Position numbers and translations under genes: made by a program
Shown here: one piece after another, positions 37,222-49,209 of the stretch
Position numbering within the stretch: the first letter of the stretch is position 1
How the letters are laid out: every line of letters starts with the position of its first letter
The notes under the pieces: generated by a model
Told to the model about the DNA's origin: nothing
Seen by the model: the letters and a program-made list of their open reading frames with translations, nothing else
Databases searched by the model: none
From: Takakia lepidozioides
Taxonomy: Eukaryota; Plantae; Bryophyta
NCBI GenBank assembly: GCA_030704615.1
Contig: CM060733.1
Span: 54,932,001 to 54,996,000, forward strand
Direction of reading: 5' to 3'
DNA: 64,000 nt

Positions 37222-40200
37222 ATGGTTGGAAATATAACCAGTACCATGGGGGCGATGGGGGAAGTGGGCGAGGGGTATTCGGTACTGTCTAATGTTATCT
37301 GGGTAGCTTCCGGAGTGGTGGCATTGGCGTGGTGGGTGTTTCTTCATCGGTTCAAGCAGAGGGATTACAAGGGTCCCAAAACATGGCCCATTATAGGGTG
37401 TATACCTGAACAGGCCAGAAATTTTGATATACTGCATGATTGGCTTTTGCACTATTTTAAGTCTGTGATGACATTCTCAGTGCCAATGGTGAACATCAAT
37501 AACACATTCACCGTCGACCCTGCGAATGTGGAATGGATTCTCAAGACGAATTTTGTCAACTATCCAAAGGTTGGTACTTATTCCGCTTGCTGTACGACTG
37601 ATCGTTCCTCCTTCTCTTAATGCTCCCAGTCTGTCCTTGCATTTCTTCACACATTGCATCCGTTCCTCTCCAGCTAGCTATCCCCGCTCTCTCTGTCTCT
37701 CTCTCTATCTATCTCTCTCTGCATTCTGCCAGGATGCACTGTCGTTTTTCCCTTGTTTCTCTCGGGCTCCTCAGTTGTATTGGAGCTCATTTTCCTCAAC
37801 GCATTTCCACTTTCCCTTAGTTTCTTCGAAAATAGTGCTAAAGCTTGATCTCCTCAAGTTTCCAGTATTGCCCAAGTAGCTCCGCCTCCTTGTCGATGCA
37901 ATGCTGCTTCAACACACTCGCCTTCCCTTGTCAGCGGTTCTGGATGCCATCTATGCCCTCGTATTTGTCAGTTCGTGTGCAGTATTGTGGGCCACTGAAG
38001 TGTAGTCACTATTGTAGCGTCTCACATCCGTCGACTGTGGAGCAAGTTTTCAAATCGGAGGGTCTCTGTAATAGCCTGTTGAGGCCGATTAGCGTAACCA
38101 TTTCTGTAATGAGAGAGGAACAGGGCTCGTGGGAGTTTGTCTATATCGTATGCCAAATCCGCTCCTTAAGGAACTATACTCTGTATATATCGCACCTGCC
38201 AGCTTCCAGTCATTGTGGTCGTTTGCCTATTCAGAGCGATAATTCGCAGCCAGCATATGGACCCCTTTGTGGTGCATTCTCTGCCGGCTGTTCTGGAATC
38301 TGTTCTGTTAGCTGTGGTAACATGTTATTTGAACGCGTGGCTTCTCAAGTCAGATTTTATTTGAAGTATCAACCAGTGTACGGAAGAGTTCATCAACCTC
38401 TTCTCAGCCACCAGCAAAGTCTGTCTGGGGCACCAAATTTTTGGTTGTCAAAGCAGCCGCGCTGTTTGAGTGCGAGGAAGTGTAAAAGAAGGACGGAGAG
38501 AGGAGAAAAGTGTCTGCAGTGACCTAGCCAATGTGGTTTCATGGGGAGGATGCGGCCATGTTATTCCATAATAATCTTTTTAGACAACCGGAAATGTGGT
38601 TATCTAGTAGCTGTAGCATTTACAGTTGGCATGCAAGGAGGGTATGTTCTGGTGCAAACTTGTCATTGCCGAGAAGAGGATGTTGACTACAATCCTTGGA
38701 AACATATGTTCTAATTCTGATACTTGCAAGGCTACAGATTTCTAATAGCCTCTGTGCCAGACCTGAGCACCTTATATCCACCAAGGTTCTGACTGTCCTG
38801 AAGGATGGGATCCATGATCACTAACAAAACTGCTCCTTGGTGCAATTGTAGGGAGAACTGATTCGCGAACGGTTTCTCGATATGCTGGGGCATGGGATCT
38901 TCAATGTGGACGGGGATCAATGGCGGCATCAGCGGAAGGTAGCCATGCTAGAGTTTGCATCATCCAAGCTGCGGGACTACAGTGTGCACGCATACCGATG
39001 TGAAGCATTGAAACTTGTCCAAGTGCTCGCCATTGCTACCAAGAACCGGCAGCCTGTTGATCTTCAGGTATCGTGGCAACCAAGAAAAACTAGAGATGGT
39101 GGTGGTAAGGCATAGCCTATTCAGATAGGCAGGAGATTGCAGTAGACTGACATGCACCAAGCATGAGCTGTAGGGACTAAACAGGTATGGAGCCAGTAAT
39201 AGATTGATGTACTTATTTACATATGCAGGGGCTGACAGGCTGCACATAAAGGGGCAAAAGGGAGTTTCGTAATTCATCTATGAGAGAGGGCCAATGTTCA
39301 TTGCTCCTGTTTCACTTCCCAACACTTTTTTCTACTCCAAGACTTATCACACGCATATTGGTTCTGTGAATGCAGGACCTGTTCATGCGGCTGACGCTTG
39401 ATTCCATTTGCAAAATTGGGTTTGGGGTTGACATCGGCAGTCTCTCGCCACTTCTTCCAGCTGTACCATTTGCCAAAGCCTTCGATGAAGCGAACCGTCT
39501 CATTATTCGGCGCTATATCGACTTCCTTTGGAAAATTAAACGCACACTAAACATAGGTGCAGAGGCTCAATTACGGCGGTGTATCAAGGTTGTTGATACC
39601 TTCCTCTACAAAGTCATTGAGACGCGGCGAGCTGAGATATATGCTACCAATGCTCTGGACCAGAGTGAGGTAAAGTATTTAACATTCTGACATGCTATGC
39701 CTGATGTGAATTACTTGTTTGGTAAGGTAGAAATTCCACTCGGGAGCCGTGTCCTAGTCTTAGGGTTCCATTCTCCTGTGGTTCTCCATGTTAAGAGACC
39801 TTCTTCATAAGGATGGATACTGAACAAAAAAAAGACAAATTGTGTGGACTCTGTGCAGTTGAGAAATGACATACTATCACGGTTCATGTTGATGGAGGCA
39901 TGTGACGGAGAAGTCTATGATGACAAGAAATTGCGGGATGTAGTCATTAACTTCATCATAGCAGGCCGGGACACCACTGCCATCACACTTTCTTGGTTCT
40001 TTACTGATCTTTGCCAGAACCCAGAAGTAGTGAAAAAGATCCTGGCTGAGGTCTCGGAAGTCCTTGACGGAGAGAAAGAAGCAGCCATTCATGGAGGGAT
40101 GCAGGGAAAGGAAGGTCTACAGAACGGTTCCAGAAATCCAGTACCCAACTGGAAGGAACAACAGGGATTTGGAGACCGCTTTCTGGAGTTTGCACACTCC

Positions 40201-40418
40201 CTGAATTACCAAAACCTCAGCAAGATGCATTATTTGCATGCGGCGCTGACAGAAACTCTCCGGCTTCATCCTGCCGTTCCACTGGTGAGGATAGTTTCCT
40301 CCCTCCTTGAGGCCATTTGTCTTCGAGCAACTCTGGATGTCTTCTGAAGCAGTTCTTGGTGTTCTACCCTGTTCTATGGGCCCTTGTGGCCTTCTGGATG
40401 TTATAGAGTTTCTTATTC

Positions 40419-40454
<36 letters not shown>

Positions 40455-41748
40455 CTTTTCATAGGTGTGGTGAATGGCCAGGCTCTTTCCTTTCCAAATC
40501 TGCTTAAGGCGAGAATCAGACTTTCCACTGTAGCAACACCTCCATTCTGGTAATCATGGCTGGGTCCATCTCTCACAAGAGAGGGAGAGAGACCATCTGA
40601 CACACTGCTGGTTGTATATGACAGGAAACCAAAATAGCAGTGAAGGATGACGTGTTGCCAGATGGGACTGGAGTAAAAGCAGGAAATTTTGTGAGCTACG
40701 TCCCGTACTCGATGGGGCGATTGGAGAGTCTATGGGGCCCTGATGTTCTGGAGTTTAAGCCTGAGCGATGGTTAAAGGATGGCATGTTCCAGCCTAAGTC
40801 TCCTTTCAAGCTCACTGCTTTCCAGGTTATTTTTATGAGCCACATCTCCTTTCCTCTCCATTTCTGTTGTGAGCTGTCTTCTGTCTTCCAGTCAAAAGAA
40901 ATGAGAGACAATCACCAATCCTGCACCCAAATCTTCCCTCCCCTGTAAATCTACTGTCCTGTTTCCTAGGGTCCTGCTCTGGCCTGTGAAAAAGGCTACC
41001 TTGTCATAGTTAAATCCTCCCCAATAAACGTCAAGTCAGATTTCCTATCTTGGTGTTTCTGGGGTGCTCTTTATAGTAGAGCTGTAACTGGCTGCGTCTA
41101 TGATTCATCCACCAACTATTGCAGTGGTGGGTTATTAGCTGCCAAGGTGAACCCTACTTCAACTAAGTGTCTGAAGACTTGCACCAAACTATCCTGCAGA
41201 GTCGACATCAGGATGGAGAGCATTGTGGTACCCCGAATATATTACTCTAGGGATGGTAACAGGGGTAACGAGGTACATTTTATAAATCTCCTACAGGAAC
41301 GGAGGGCCTACCAAAAAGGCATTCTTCTCATAGAACATGAAAAATGCATCCGATGTAGATGGACTTTCACCTTATTTGTCTGAGGACATTGAGAACCCAC
41401 AGCCATGCCACTGGGTTTCGTCAATTGTGTCCATTGCCTGCCATAGTTAAGCATCATGGCGGTTGATGACGGCTCTGAAATGAGGCTGTAAACTCTGTCT
41501 TTTAGGAAGAGGATTAAGATTGTATTACCTATGTGTGAGGTAGATCTAACAGTGCAACTGTGTGAATACAGGCGGGCCCACGCATGTGCTTGGGAAAGGA
41601 TTCATCCTACTTGCAGATGAAAATGACCACAATATTGCTTTTACGGTTCTTCGAGTTTGAGCTGGTGAAAGGACACTCCCTGGATTACTCCATGATGGTC
41701 ATATTGTACATAGCTCAGGGCGTGAAGGCGAATGTCAGCATGCGGTGA
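37222..41748 (+). CDS. CYP704B: Cytochrome P450, CYP86 clan, CYP704B-like fatty-acid omega-hydroxylase (~553 aa, 6 exons)
   Basis: Exons 37222-37569, 38852-39067, 39376-39669, 39859-40284, 40625-40825 and 41572-41748, all joined by GT-AG phase-0 introns. Motifs DPANVEWILKTNF.NYPKG, AGRDTT, ETLR, PERW and heme-binding FQAGPRMCLG. The start could be a slightly later ATG. Confidence 0.92.
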
Positions 41749-43492
41749 AAATCATGCCAGACTGCAGCAAAAGATCGAATGTCACATACTTTTTACTCGA
41801 TTGGACCAAGTCCAATCAATCAAAAGTGAGTTCTTGCTACTTTATAGTCGGTTAGATGCTGTTTAACCGACTATAAAGTAATCAAGGGAAAAATTGGTTT
41901 GCCTTCCTGCCCCATTATTTAAACAATAAACGTAGAGTAAATCGTGGACACCTGGATAAGAAAGCTGGCTGAATCCCCACTTATGCAATTACACTATTAT
42001 TGACATGTACATAGAGAGATGAGGGCAGCAGTAGAGAGACTCAGAACAAGTGAGGATGGTAGGACCATGAGTCTATGAGTAGTAGATCCATTAAAGAATA
42101 ATCCACCTTGGATAAACTAAATGAACGTTCTACCATGTAAACTGCTGTCACCTTCCTATGAGCTAACTTCTCTACCCAGCAAAGGCTGCTGGCAAATGAA
42201 TCACACTGTTTCTTTGTTTGGGAGGGAATTTGCCCGCAGTTGGATTGCACATTGCAGGCTGGCAATAGATCAAGGCAAGGACTAAAAGCAGTTCAGTAGG
42301 AAGTGAGTGGGGTGAGCTTGTTTGATTACAACAGCGGGGACAGTGTTTGAAGCTTTCAATAAAGGCCAGCCTCTGGCATGAATACCTCCACAAATTTGGT
42401 GTAGTTTTGGATCCCATGGTTTCTGCAACTGTGAGAGGATAATCAGGTTGGACTCTGGGTAAGGTGGGGGAGGGGGGGTGTGTGTGCTCTTTGCCTTTTG
42501 GGTTGTGAATGTTACGGAAATGTTGCCTGTTCTTCATGTTGCATTCACGCAAGGATGTGGGCTCGGTTACCTTTCAGGCCTGGAATCTGTTGGGCAGGAT
42601 GCACTTCTACAATAGAATTCAATCCATGCCCAGATACTAAGTAGTTGGGAACAGTTCAAACGTAGTGCTTGCCTTTCTTTTCCTGCATTGGTAATGGATG
42701 GCAGCCACGTAGCCATCATCTCTTCTACCTTCATTCACTGTGAAGAATCACTGCTTCGTTGTGCATCCCCGCATCCATAAATCTCCTATTTATTAGCACG
42801 CCTCACAAGTAGGTGTAGGCATTGATTGACCTACACAGCGCGCATTCAGTTCAATCCTGTGCATTTCAGCAAACATGATTTGCTCCCTCTTTATGGCCAT
42901 TCATACTTGAGCAGTCATAAAGTTTCGTTGGGAGCTGCTGCTGGATAGGTGCAGTGGTCGAAACACTGGTTCCAAATGTCTGGAGTTCTAAACTCTTGGC
43001 ATGAGCAAGGACAGATGGATTGCTCCAGAAGTTGATGTAAGTGAAGTGCCGACTGCATCACTAGACAGAGCAGGTTGATTCACCAACTGGTGCAGGAGTG
43101 TGTCGCTCTGGGACTGGTGAAAAGTGCACATGACGTCGTGTAGGATCGCAGATCTCTGGCGGCGAGAGATCTCCACCCACACCATTCAGAGCAGGAGGAA
43201 TAAGTCAGCAACCAAAGAAAAATCACGGTCGAAGTACACATGTGTCAGCTTTGTTTTCTGTTTGAACTCTCGGTCAGATGGATGTGCGCAGACGTGAATG
43301 GATGCTGAGAAACTCGGAGTGGAGAGTTTCGGCATACCTTCATTTCAAGCTGTCACAGTCAAATTCGGTTAGCTTTAGTTATATAGCATATGTTTCCTCT
43401 TGGGGACAGTTACACCCATTTGTACAGACCCCACTTGGGTCCTTTTATAAAAGCAAGACAGAAGCCTTCTCACCAACGTCCACAGAGCCCGC

Positions 43493-43495
<3 letters not shown>

Positions 43496-43524
<29 letters not shown>
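43496..43524. repeat. (GA)n microsatellite
   Basis: Direct reading; a (CT)n tract also occurs at ~40422-40450. Confidence 0.9.
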
Positions 43525-43526
<2 letters not shown>

Positions 43527-43698
43527 GGTGCGAGTAGTTGAAGGCAGAAAGGAAGAGTTTAAAGATAAAGACCAGGCTTGTTGCTCAAGCTTCAAGTCAG
43601 CCTGCCTACACACAAAGCAAAGGCTGCCCTATAGCCATAAATGGCGCAGACTTTCGCCATAATTAAGAGGTCGGAATACCAGCTCGCGAAACCCAAGC

Positions 43699-44071
43699 CC
43701 GTTGCGAAGAACGGAACGGGTCCGTTACTCAACCGGCAGCTCATCCTAACCGTTGGGACCCGTCTCACCAGGGATGCGGACGGATGAAGACATCCGATGG
43801 ACGAATCCGCGAACCACGGATATGGCATCGATGAATACTGGAGAGCACGACGAACTATGTGCGGCGTATCAACCGGCCGTGGATGAACAGTTGGAGATCT
43901 TCACAGTCAGCGTGGATGCCATCCGTTGGAATGGGATGAATGAAGCATGTGAGTAGTGCTGAAGCCGCCATGTCGCGCCAGACTGGGGCTACGGGCAGTG
44001 AGCGGTGGAGCACCGGGTGGGCCGGTTGCTTCTGCCCCCCCTGCCAGGGAATCCTGGCAGGGAGAGCCGTT
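43699..44071. promoter_or_regulatory. Cluster of MSA-like (AACGG) elements upstream of CCS52
   Basis: AACGG or CCGTT cores at 43699, 43710, 43715, 43722, 43750 (full CCCAACGGTT on minus), 43923 and 44067. Confidence 0.55.
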
Positions 44072-44875
44072 GCGGAGATGATCAGAGTGGTGGGTGGGTG
44101 CAGAATGCATGCTGGTGCTGCCTGATAATCGCTTAACGATCTCAGCAACTCATCTTGTTTGACAGGAAAGTAGGATTTTTGGAGGAAGATTCGGTCGGAT
44201 TTGGAGGATGGCAGGGAATGAGAGGCAAGCGACAAGGTATGGTGTTCGCATTTTGAATCTGTATCGTGTTGGTGAATTCTTTCTTGGATTCTGGGGAGGG
44301 GAGAGAGAGAGATGGAGGTATGTAAAGAAGAGAGGGAAGGATTGAGGGAGGAGGATGAGGGAAGCGGTTCTTTCTGGTTGTATCCTTGTTGTTCTAAACT
44401 GGATTTGTCTTATTGTGATGCTTGCAGTTGAATCTTCCTGCGGCTGCTCTCTTATGGCTTCGGCGGGGATTAGCATTAAGGCCTGCTAGCCCTTGTTTGT
44501 CTCTGCTACTACCCCCGTGTGCACTGCATAGGAGTTCAGTTTTTACTCCTAGTCCCCCCATTGTCCGTCTGCTGGAATTTTCCTTTGGGCATCATTTCTG
44601 GCTGTAGTGGATGAAAGGACCTGAAACTTCGAAGAGCAGTGGGGCACTCGAGGGCAGAAAGAAGGAGGGTGTTCCGGGCGGGAGGGGGGAGAGCCGCGGA
44701 AAACAGACAGCTATAAGTGCTGATTGCAACTGTGCACTGGGATGCAGAGAGTGAGAAATTTTAGGGATGATGGAAGCGAGGGGCGCTTGAATGGAAGCTT
44801 TCTTGTGCAGCTTGCAAATGCTGCCCTATAAAATTGTGTAGTGGTTTGTACAGTTAAATTAGTGGGGAAGACGCA

Positions 44876-46456
44876 ATGGATGTAATGGAGGAAAGCGCAG
44901 ATAGAGAGAATGGTACGCAAGGCAGGGGAGCCGCTGCAAGGGCTAGGCTCAATCTTCCTCCGGGCATGTCCCGGGATTCTCTGCAGCTTGACACCATTGC
45001 GAGGAGGTCATGGCGGGGCCCTGGCTCTCCAATGAAGCAGACCCTTGACAACATTGGTGGGGGTAGTACCTCCTCACCTACCCGCACATCTTATAGCGAT
45101 CGTTTCATTCCCAGCCGCTCCAGCTCCAATTTGTCTGGGTTTGCTCTGCTGGACAGGTCGCCATCAGGGGCAAATATTGCACAGGCAAATGACAATAGAG
45201 AAGACGGTGCAGCAGCATACTCCTTGCTGCTCCGCTCGGAGCTTTTTGGTGCTGAAGCCTTGTCTCCTGCCACACCTGACAAAGCCATGGGCCTAGCAGC
45301 AAGGGATCCAATTCGGTCTCCAATTAGCCCCACCAATAGAAACTTGTTTAGATTTAAAAGTGATTATCGGGCAGGAGGAGCGAATGCGAGGCCGGAATCT
45401 CCCTACTCACTCTCCCCTGTAGGGATTGATGGTGCACTGACAGGCACTGTCATGAGTCCCAGAAAAGCACCACGAAAGATTGCCCGCTCTCCTTACAAAG
45501 TGTTGGATGCACCAGCTCTTCAAGACGATTTCTACTTGAATCTGGTGGATTGGTCATCACACAATGTGCTGGCTGTGGGTCTAGGAACCTGTGTCTATCT
45601 CTGGAGCGCATGCACCAGCAAGGTTACAAAGCTGTGTGATTTGGGTCCAACAGATAGCGTTTGCTCCGTTGGATGGACGCAACGCGGAACTTACTTGGCT
45701 GTTGGTACCAACCTTGGTGACGTGCAGCTTTGGGATGCAACACGGTGTAGAAAGGTGAGGAGCATGGGAGGTCATCGAACGTCAAGAGTGGGCACTCTTG
45801 CATGGAGCTCACACATCCTGTCATCTGGTAGTCGTGACCGCAACATACTGCAGCGTGATGTCCGTGTCCCGGATGACTTCGTTAGCAAGCTTGTTGGCCA
45901 CAAGTCTGAGGTCTGTGGCCTCAAGTGGTCTTATGATGATCGAGAGCTTGCTTCTGGGGGGAATGACAATCAGCTGTTTGTCTGGAATCAGCAATCAACC
46001 CAACCTGTGGTGAAGTTTAGTGAGCACACTGCGGCAGTGAAGGCCATTGCTTGGTCACCGCATCAACATGGCTTGCTAGCTTCGGGTGGGGGGACGGCTG
46101 ACCGTTGCATCCGGTATTGGAACACTGCAACAAGCACTCCACTCAACTGTTATGATACTGGCAGCCAAGTATGCAATTTGGTGTGGTCCAAGAATGTGAA
46201 TGAGCTAGTGAGCACTCACGGCTATTCCCAAAACCAGATAATAGTTTGGCGGTACCCAGCTATGTCCAAGCTTGCAACTCTAACTGGACACACAATGAGA
46301 GTGTTGTATCTTGCTATCTCCCCAGATGGCCAAACAATTGTGACGGGGGCAGGAGATGAAACCCTCCGCTTCTGGAATGTCTTCCCCTCTCCCAAATCAC
46401 AGAGCGCTGTACGGGACACAGGAGTCTGGTCATTGGGGCGCACTCACATACGATAA
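44876..46456 (+). CDS. CCS52: APC/C activator CDH1/FZR/CCS52 (526 aa, no coding introns)
   Basis: C-box DRFIPSR, CDH1-specific motif YSLLLRSELFG, KVLDAPALQDDFYLNLVDWS, WD40 repeats, RVLYLA motif and C-terminal IR tail. Confidence 0.97.
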   Translation: MDVMEESADRENGTQGRGAAARARLNLPPGMSRDSLQLDTIARRSWRGPGSPMKQTLDNIGGGSTSSPTRTSYSDRFIPSRSSSNLSGFALLDRSPSGANIAQANDNREDGAAAYSLLLRSELFGAEALSPATPDKAMGLAARDPIRSPISPTNRNLFRFKSDYRAGGANARPESPYSLSPVGIDGALTGTVMSPRKAPRKIARSPYKVLDAPALQDDFYLNLVDWSSHNVLAVGLGTCVYLWSACTSKVTKLCDLGPTDSVCSVGWTQRGTYLAVGTNLGDVQLWDATRCRKVRSMGGHRTSRVGTLAWSSHILSSGSRDRNILQRDVRVPDDFVSKLVGHKSEVCGLKWSYDDRELASGGNDNQLFVWNQQSTQPVVKFSEHTAAVKAIAWSPHQHGLLASGGGTADRCIRYWNTATSTPLNCYDTGSQVCNLVWSKNVNELVSTHGYSQNQIIVWRYPAMSKLATLTGHTMRVLYLAISPDGQTIVTGAGDETLRFWNVFPSPKSQSAVRDTGVWSLGRTHIR

Positions 46457-49209
46457 CCCCTGGTTCCCTTGAAAGGGCAAAAGAGGGGTAATTGGGCAGC
46501 TTACGATAGCAACTAGGACTGTTCTATCCTGTGTAGTAAACAATGCATTTCTGGTGTTGCTAATAGAGAAAGAGTTCAGATCTTCACTGTGAATCTAACT
46601 TCGGGTCAGTTGATGAAAGAGTTAGATCATATTTGCTCGAGATCCTCTTCCTCTAAGCTCCAAGAACTTGTTGCGTGCACTTGTTGAGAGGTGCATCAAA
46701 TTCGTGAAGCTTGGAGGCAGAAGATCTCTAGCAAATAAGATCTACATGATCCACTCGTTGTCATTGCTTGAATTTCAGATACTGACAAATTTGTTCAATC
46801 CAAAAAATGCAATGAGCGATAATCTGGTTTTGGAGTTGTGAAGTTGCCACAAAATTGCGAGGCCTATGAGCGCTGGCTGGAGTGTGCATTACAGTCATGG
46901 GTTTGGTTTTTTCCTTGCTGGCGTTGAGTTGCCTTTGGATCTGAGAGTTGAACGGGACTGTGATGGTAAAGAGGTATCTCTGTTGTATGATTTGGCTGAC
47001 AGTATTGAATGGTGCTTCCAAGCTGCAGCAGTTTTCTCAGTTTAACAGCTCAGTGATATCTTTTTCAACTTCACTTGCACTTGTCACTGAATGTCACCTG
47101 CAGGTCTGAGACCAGGCAGAGTAAAGCCCAGTTTCGCAAATTGGATGCCCGTCTAGTATGGAATGCTATATTTTCACACATTTGTTATCCAAGTATGGGA
47201 GGGTTAATGTGGTGGAAGGATGCAGCACTTAGGTCATGGAAATCAATTCCCTTGGGTCTCCCTCCCGCTGCCTCTCTCACTCTTGGACACAACAGGAGAC
47301 ACAACTGAAGGTTGGATCTTCAAGAGCAGTTGAAAATCCTTCTTGTGGTGGTGAATTGTATGCAAGTGTCAGATAGACACAATCAACAGGAGAAACTCGA
47401 CAAGAGTCCATATCTGCTGGCTGGTATGGAGCCATCATCTCATAAGGCTCTGTCAATTCTCCCAATTCCTCAACTACTGCTGCTAAGAGGCAACATGTTA
47501 AGACTTTCCTGTGAGAGGTAGATGGTCTTGCCATATGAAGGGTGGTGTCAGATAACATGGTAGATTTATGTGATATTGGACCTTTCTCCAGTAGGCATGA
47601 TTCCATGGTGTGTGCACTTCTCCTCACTTGCGGCATTGCTCTTTACCATCAACCTTGAAGCAGGATTGTCCTTTCACACATCACTGTAGCCTACGAGGGT
47701 TCTACCATTGCCCGCGACAAGGTGATTTGAAGTACATATGAGAGGGTGTAACATTTTCATCAGCATATGTTGACAAGAGCTTAAGGTTAGAACTGCAAAT
47801 TGTCGCATAAATTACATGCCTCCAGCCTAACCTGTCCTGGATCCTACTGTGGTTTTTATCATCATCCACCATCCAAAATGGTGAGATTCCACGTCGCAAA
47901 GTACTGCTTGAAAATGCCCTCTGTAAATACAGTGACCATGGAACCGAATTTTCATGGCAATTGTGTTACAGCTGGTCGTCGGCAAGTCCTTGGGGTAAGA
48001 ATTTGACCTCTTATCTGTGACTGACCTAGTAACATACTCACGTAGTGCTTCAGCTTGTCTATTCCAGCTTCTCTTGGACCAAGCACCTTGCAACAACAAA
48101 ATTATTGCTTCTGCCAATGACATTCTTCTTGGTGTAACAAGTGGCTTGTCGCGTAATGGCTCCACCCTTACATTATACATATATGAAGGGAATAGTTCTT
48201 CTTATGAAAGGGGTTAATTTCCCCCCCACCTCAAGCTTGTCACTCCCAGGTTTCCTAGGTTTTATAATAAATGAAAAAAATTAACCATTACTTGGAAAAT
48301 GATGATTCGACACTGTAGGCACATGTTCCATCCGTTCAACAGGATGCACAATAGAAATACTCTTGACTCCGGACATTCCGCAAAGTAAGTAGGCACATAA
48401 AAAGGATATGTTTGCCGAACGATAACCTATCAACTCAGTTGTTCTGTACGTTCCCACTAGCATTCAGTTATAGATCTCTATGTTTGTGCCACCCATGGAC
48501 CTGTCTTGGTCCGAGGGAATTTGGGCACACCCTCATTTCTCTCTCCCTTTATCTTTCATGTGTTCTGTAAATCACCCGCCAACAGTTTGAAGCCGAGTCT
48601 AATTACTTGCTTCCTCTCCTCTCCCTTTGCCACTTATCACTCTCCTTGAATTCTTATCGCACCCCACTCTCGTTGGTCTACAGATTGTCCACCTTTTAAA
48701 ACCCCAAGTTACTTTCTTTCCCATCTCGAAGGAAAGAGCTAAAAGAACATGAATGTAGGGTACAAATCCCATGTGTTCAGCTTGAGATGCTAGAATGCTT
48801 GTAAGGAATTACAAACCCTTTAGAACCTGTAACCAACTCGCTAGAAGCCAACTTTATGACCAACAATACCTACCTACTTACCTACTTAGGAGACCCATCA
48901 GAAATAGGGTGTATTTGAAGCTGAGTTTCCAACTACATAGTTATTTTTCACTTGTATTACCCTTTGGTAGCACAACATCATAAAAGTACTCTACTCAAAT
49001 CTCCTCAAAGAATAGTGTGCTAAACCTTTTCTTAGACTGCCGTTGTATACAGTGTAAACCTCATGGCCTAGAGTAACTACAAAATTATATTTTTCCCACT
49101 GGGAACTAATAGTAAGTGCTCTGAAGATCCTGACGGAAGATACCAACCACAGCACCAAACAAACAGAGTGGGGCGGCTGTTTCAGTCCTGTTCCTGGGCC
49201 TAAAAAGTA

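Noticed and set aside
37845-38522. 225-aa ORF
   Set aside because: It lies inside intron 1 of the P450 gene and has no recognisable motifs.
47277-48180. Minus-strand ORFs of 117-119 aa
   Set aside because: No recognisable domain or consistent splice structure, so they cannot be supported.
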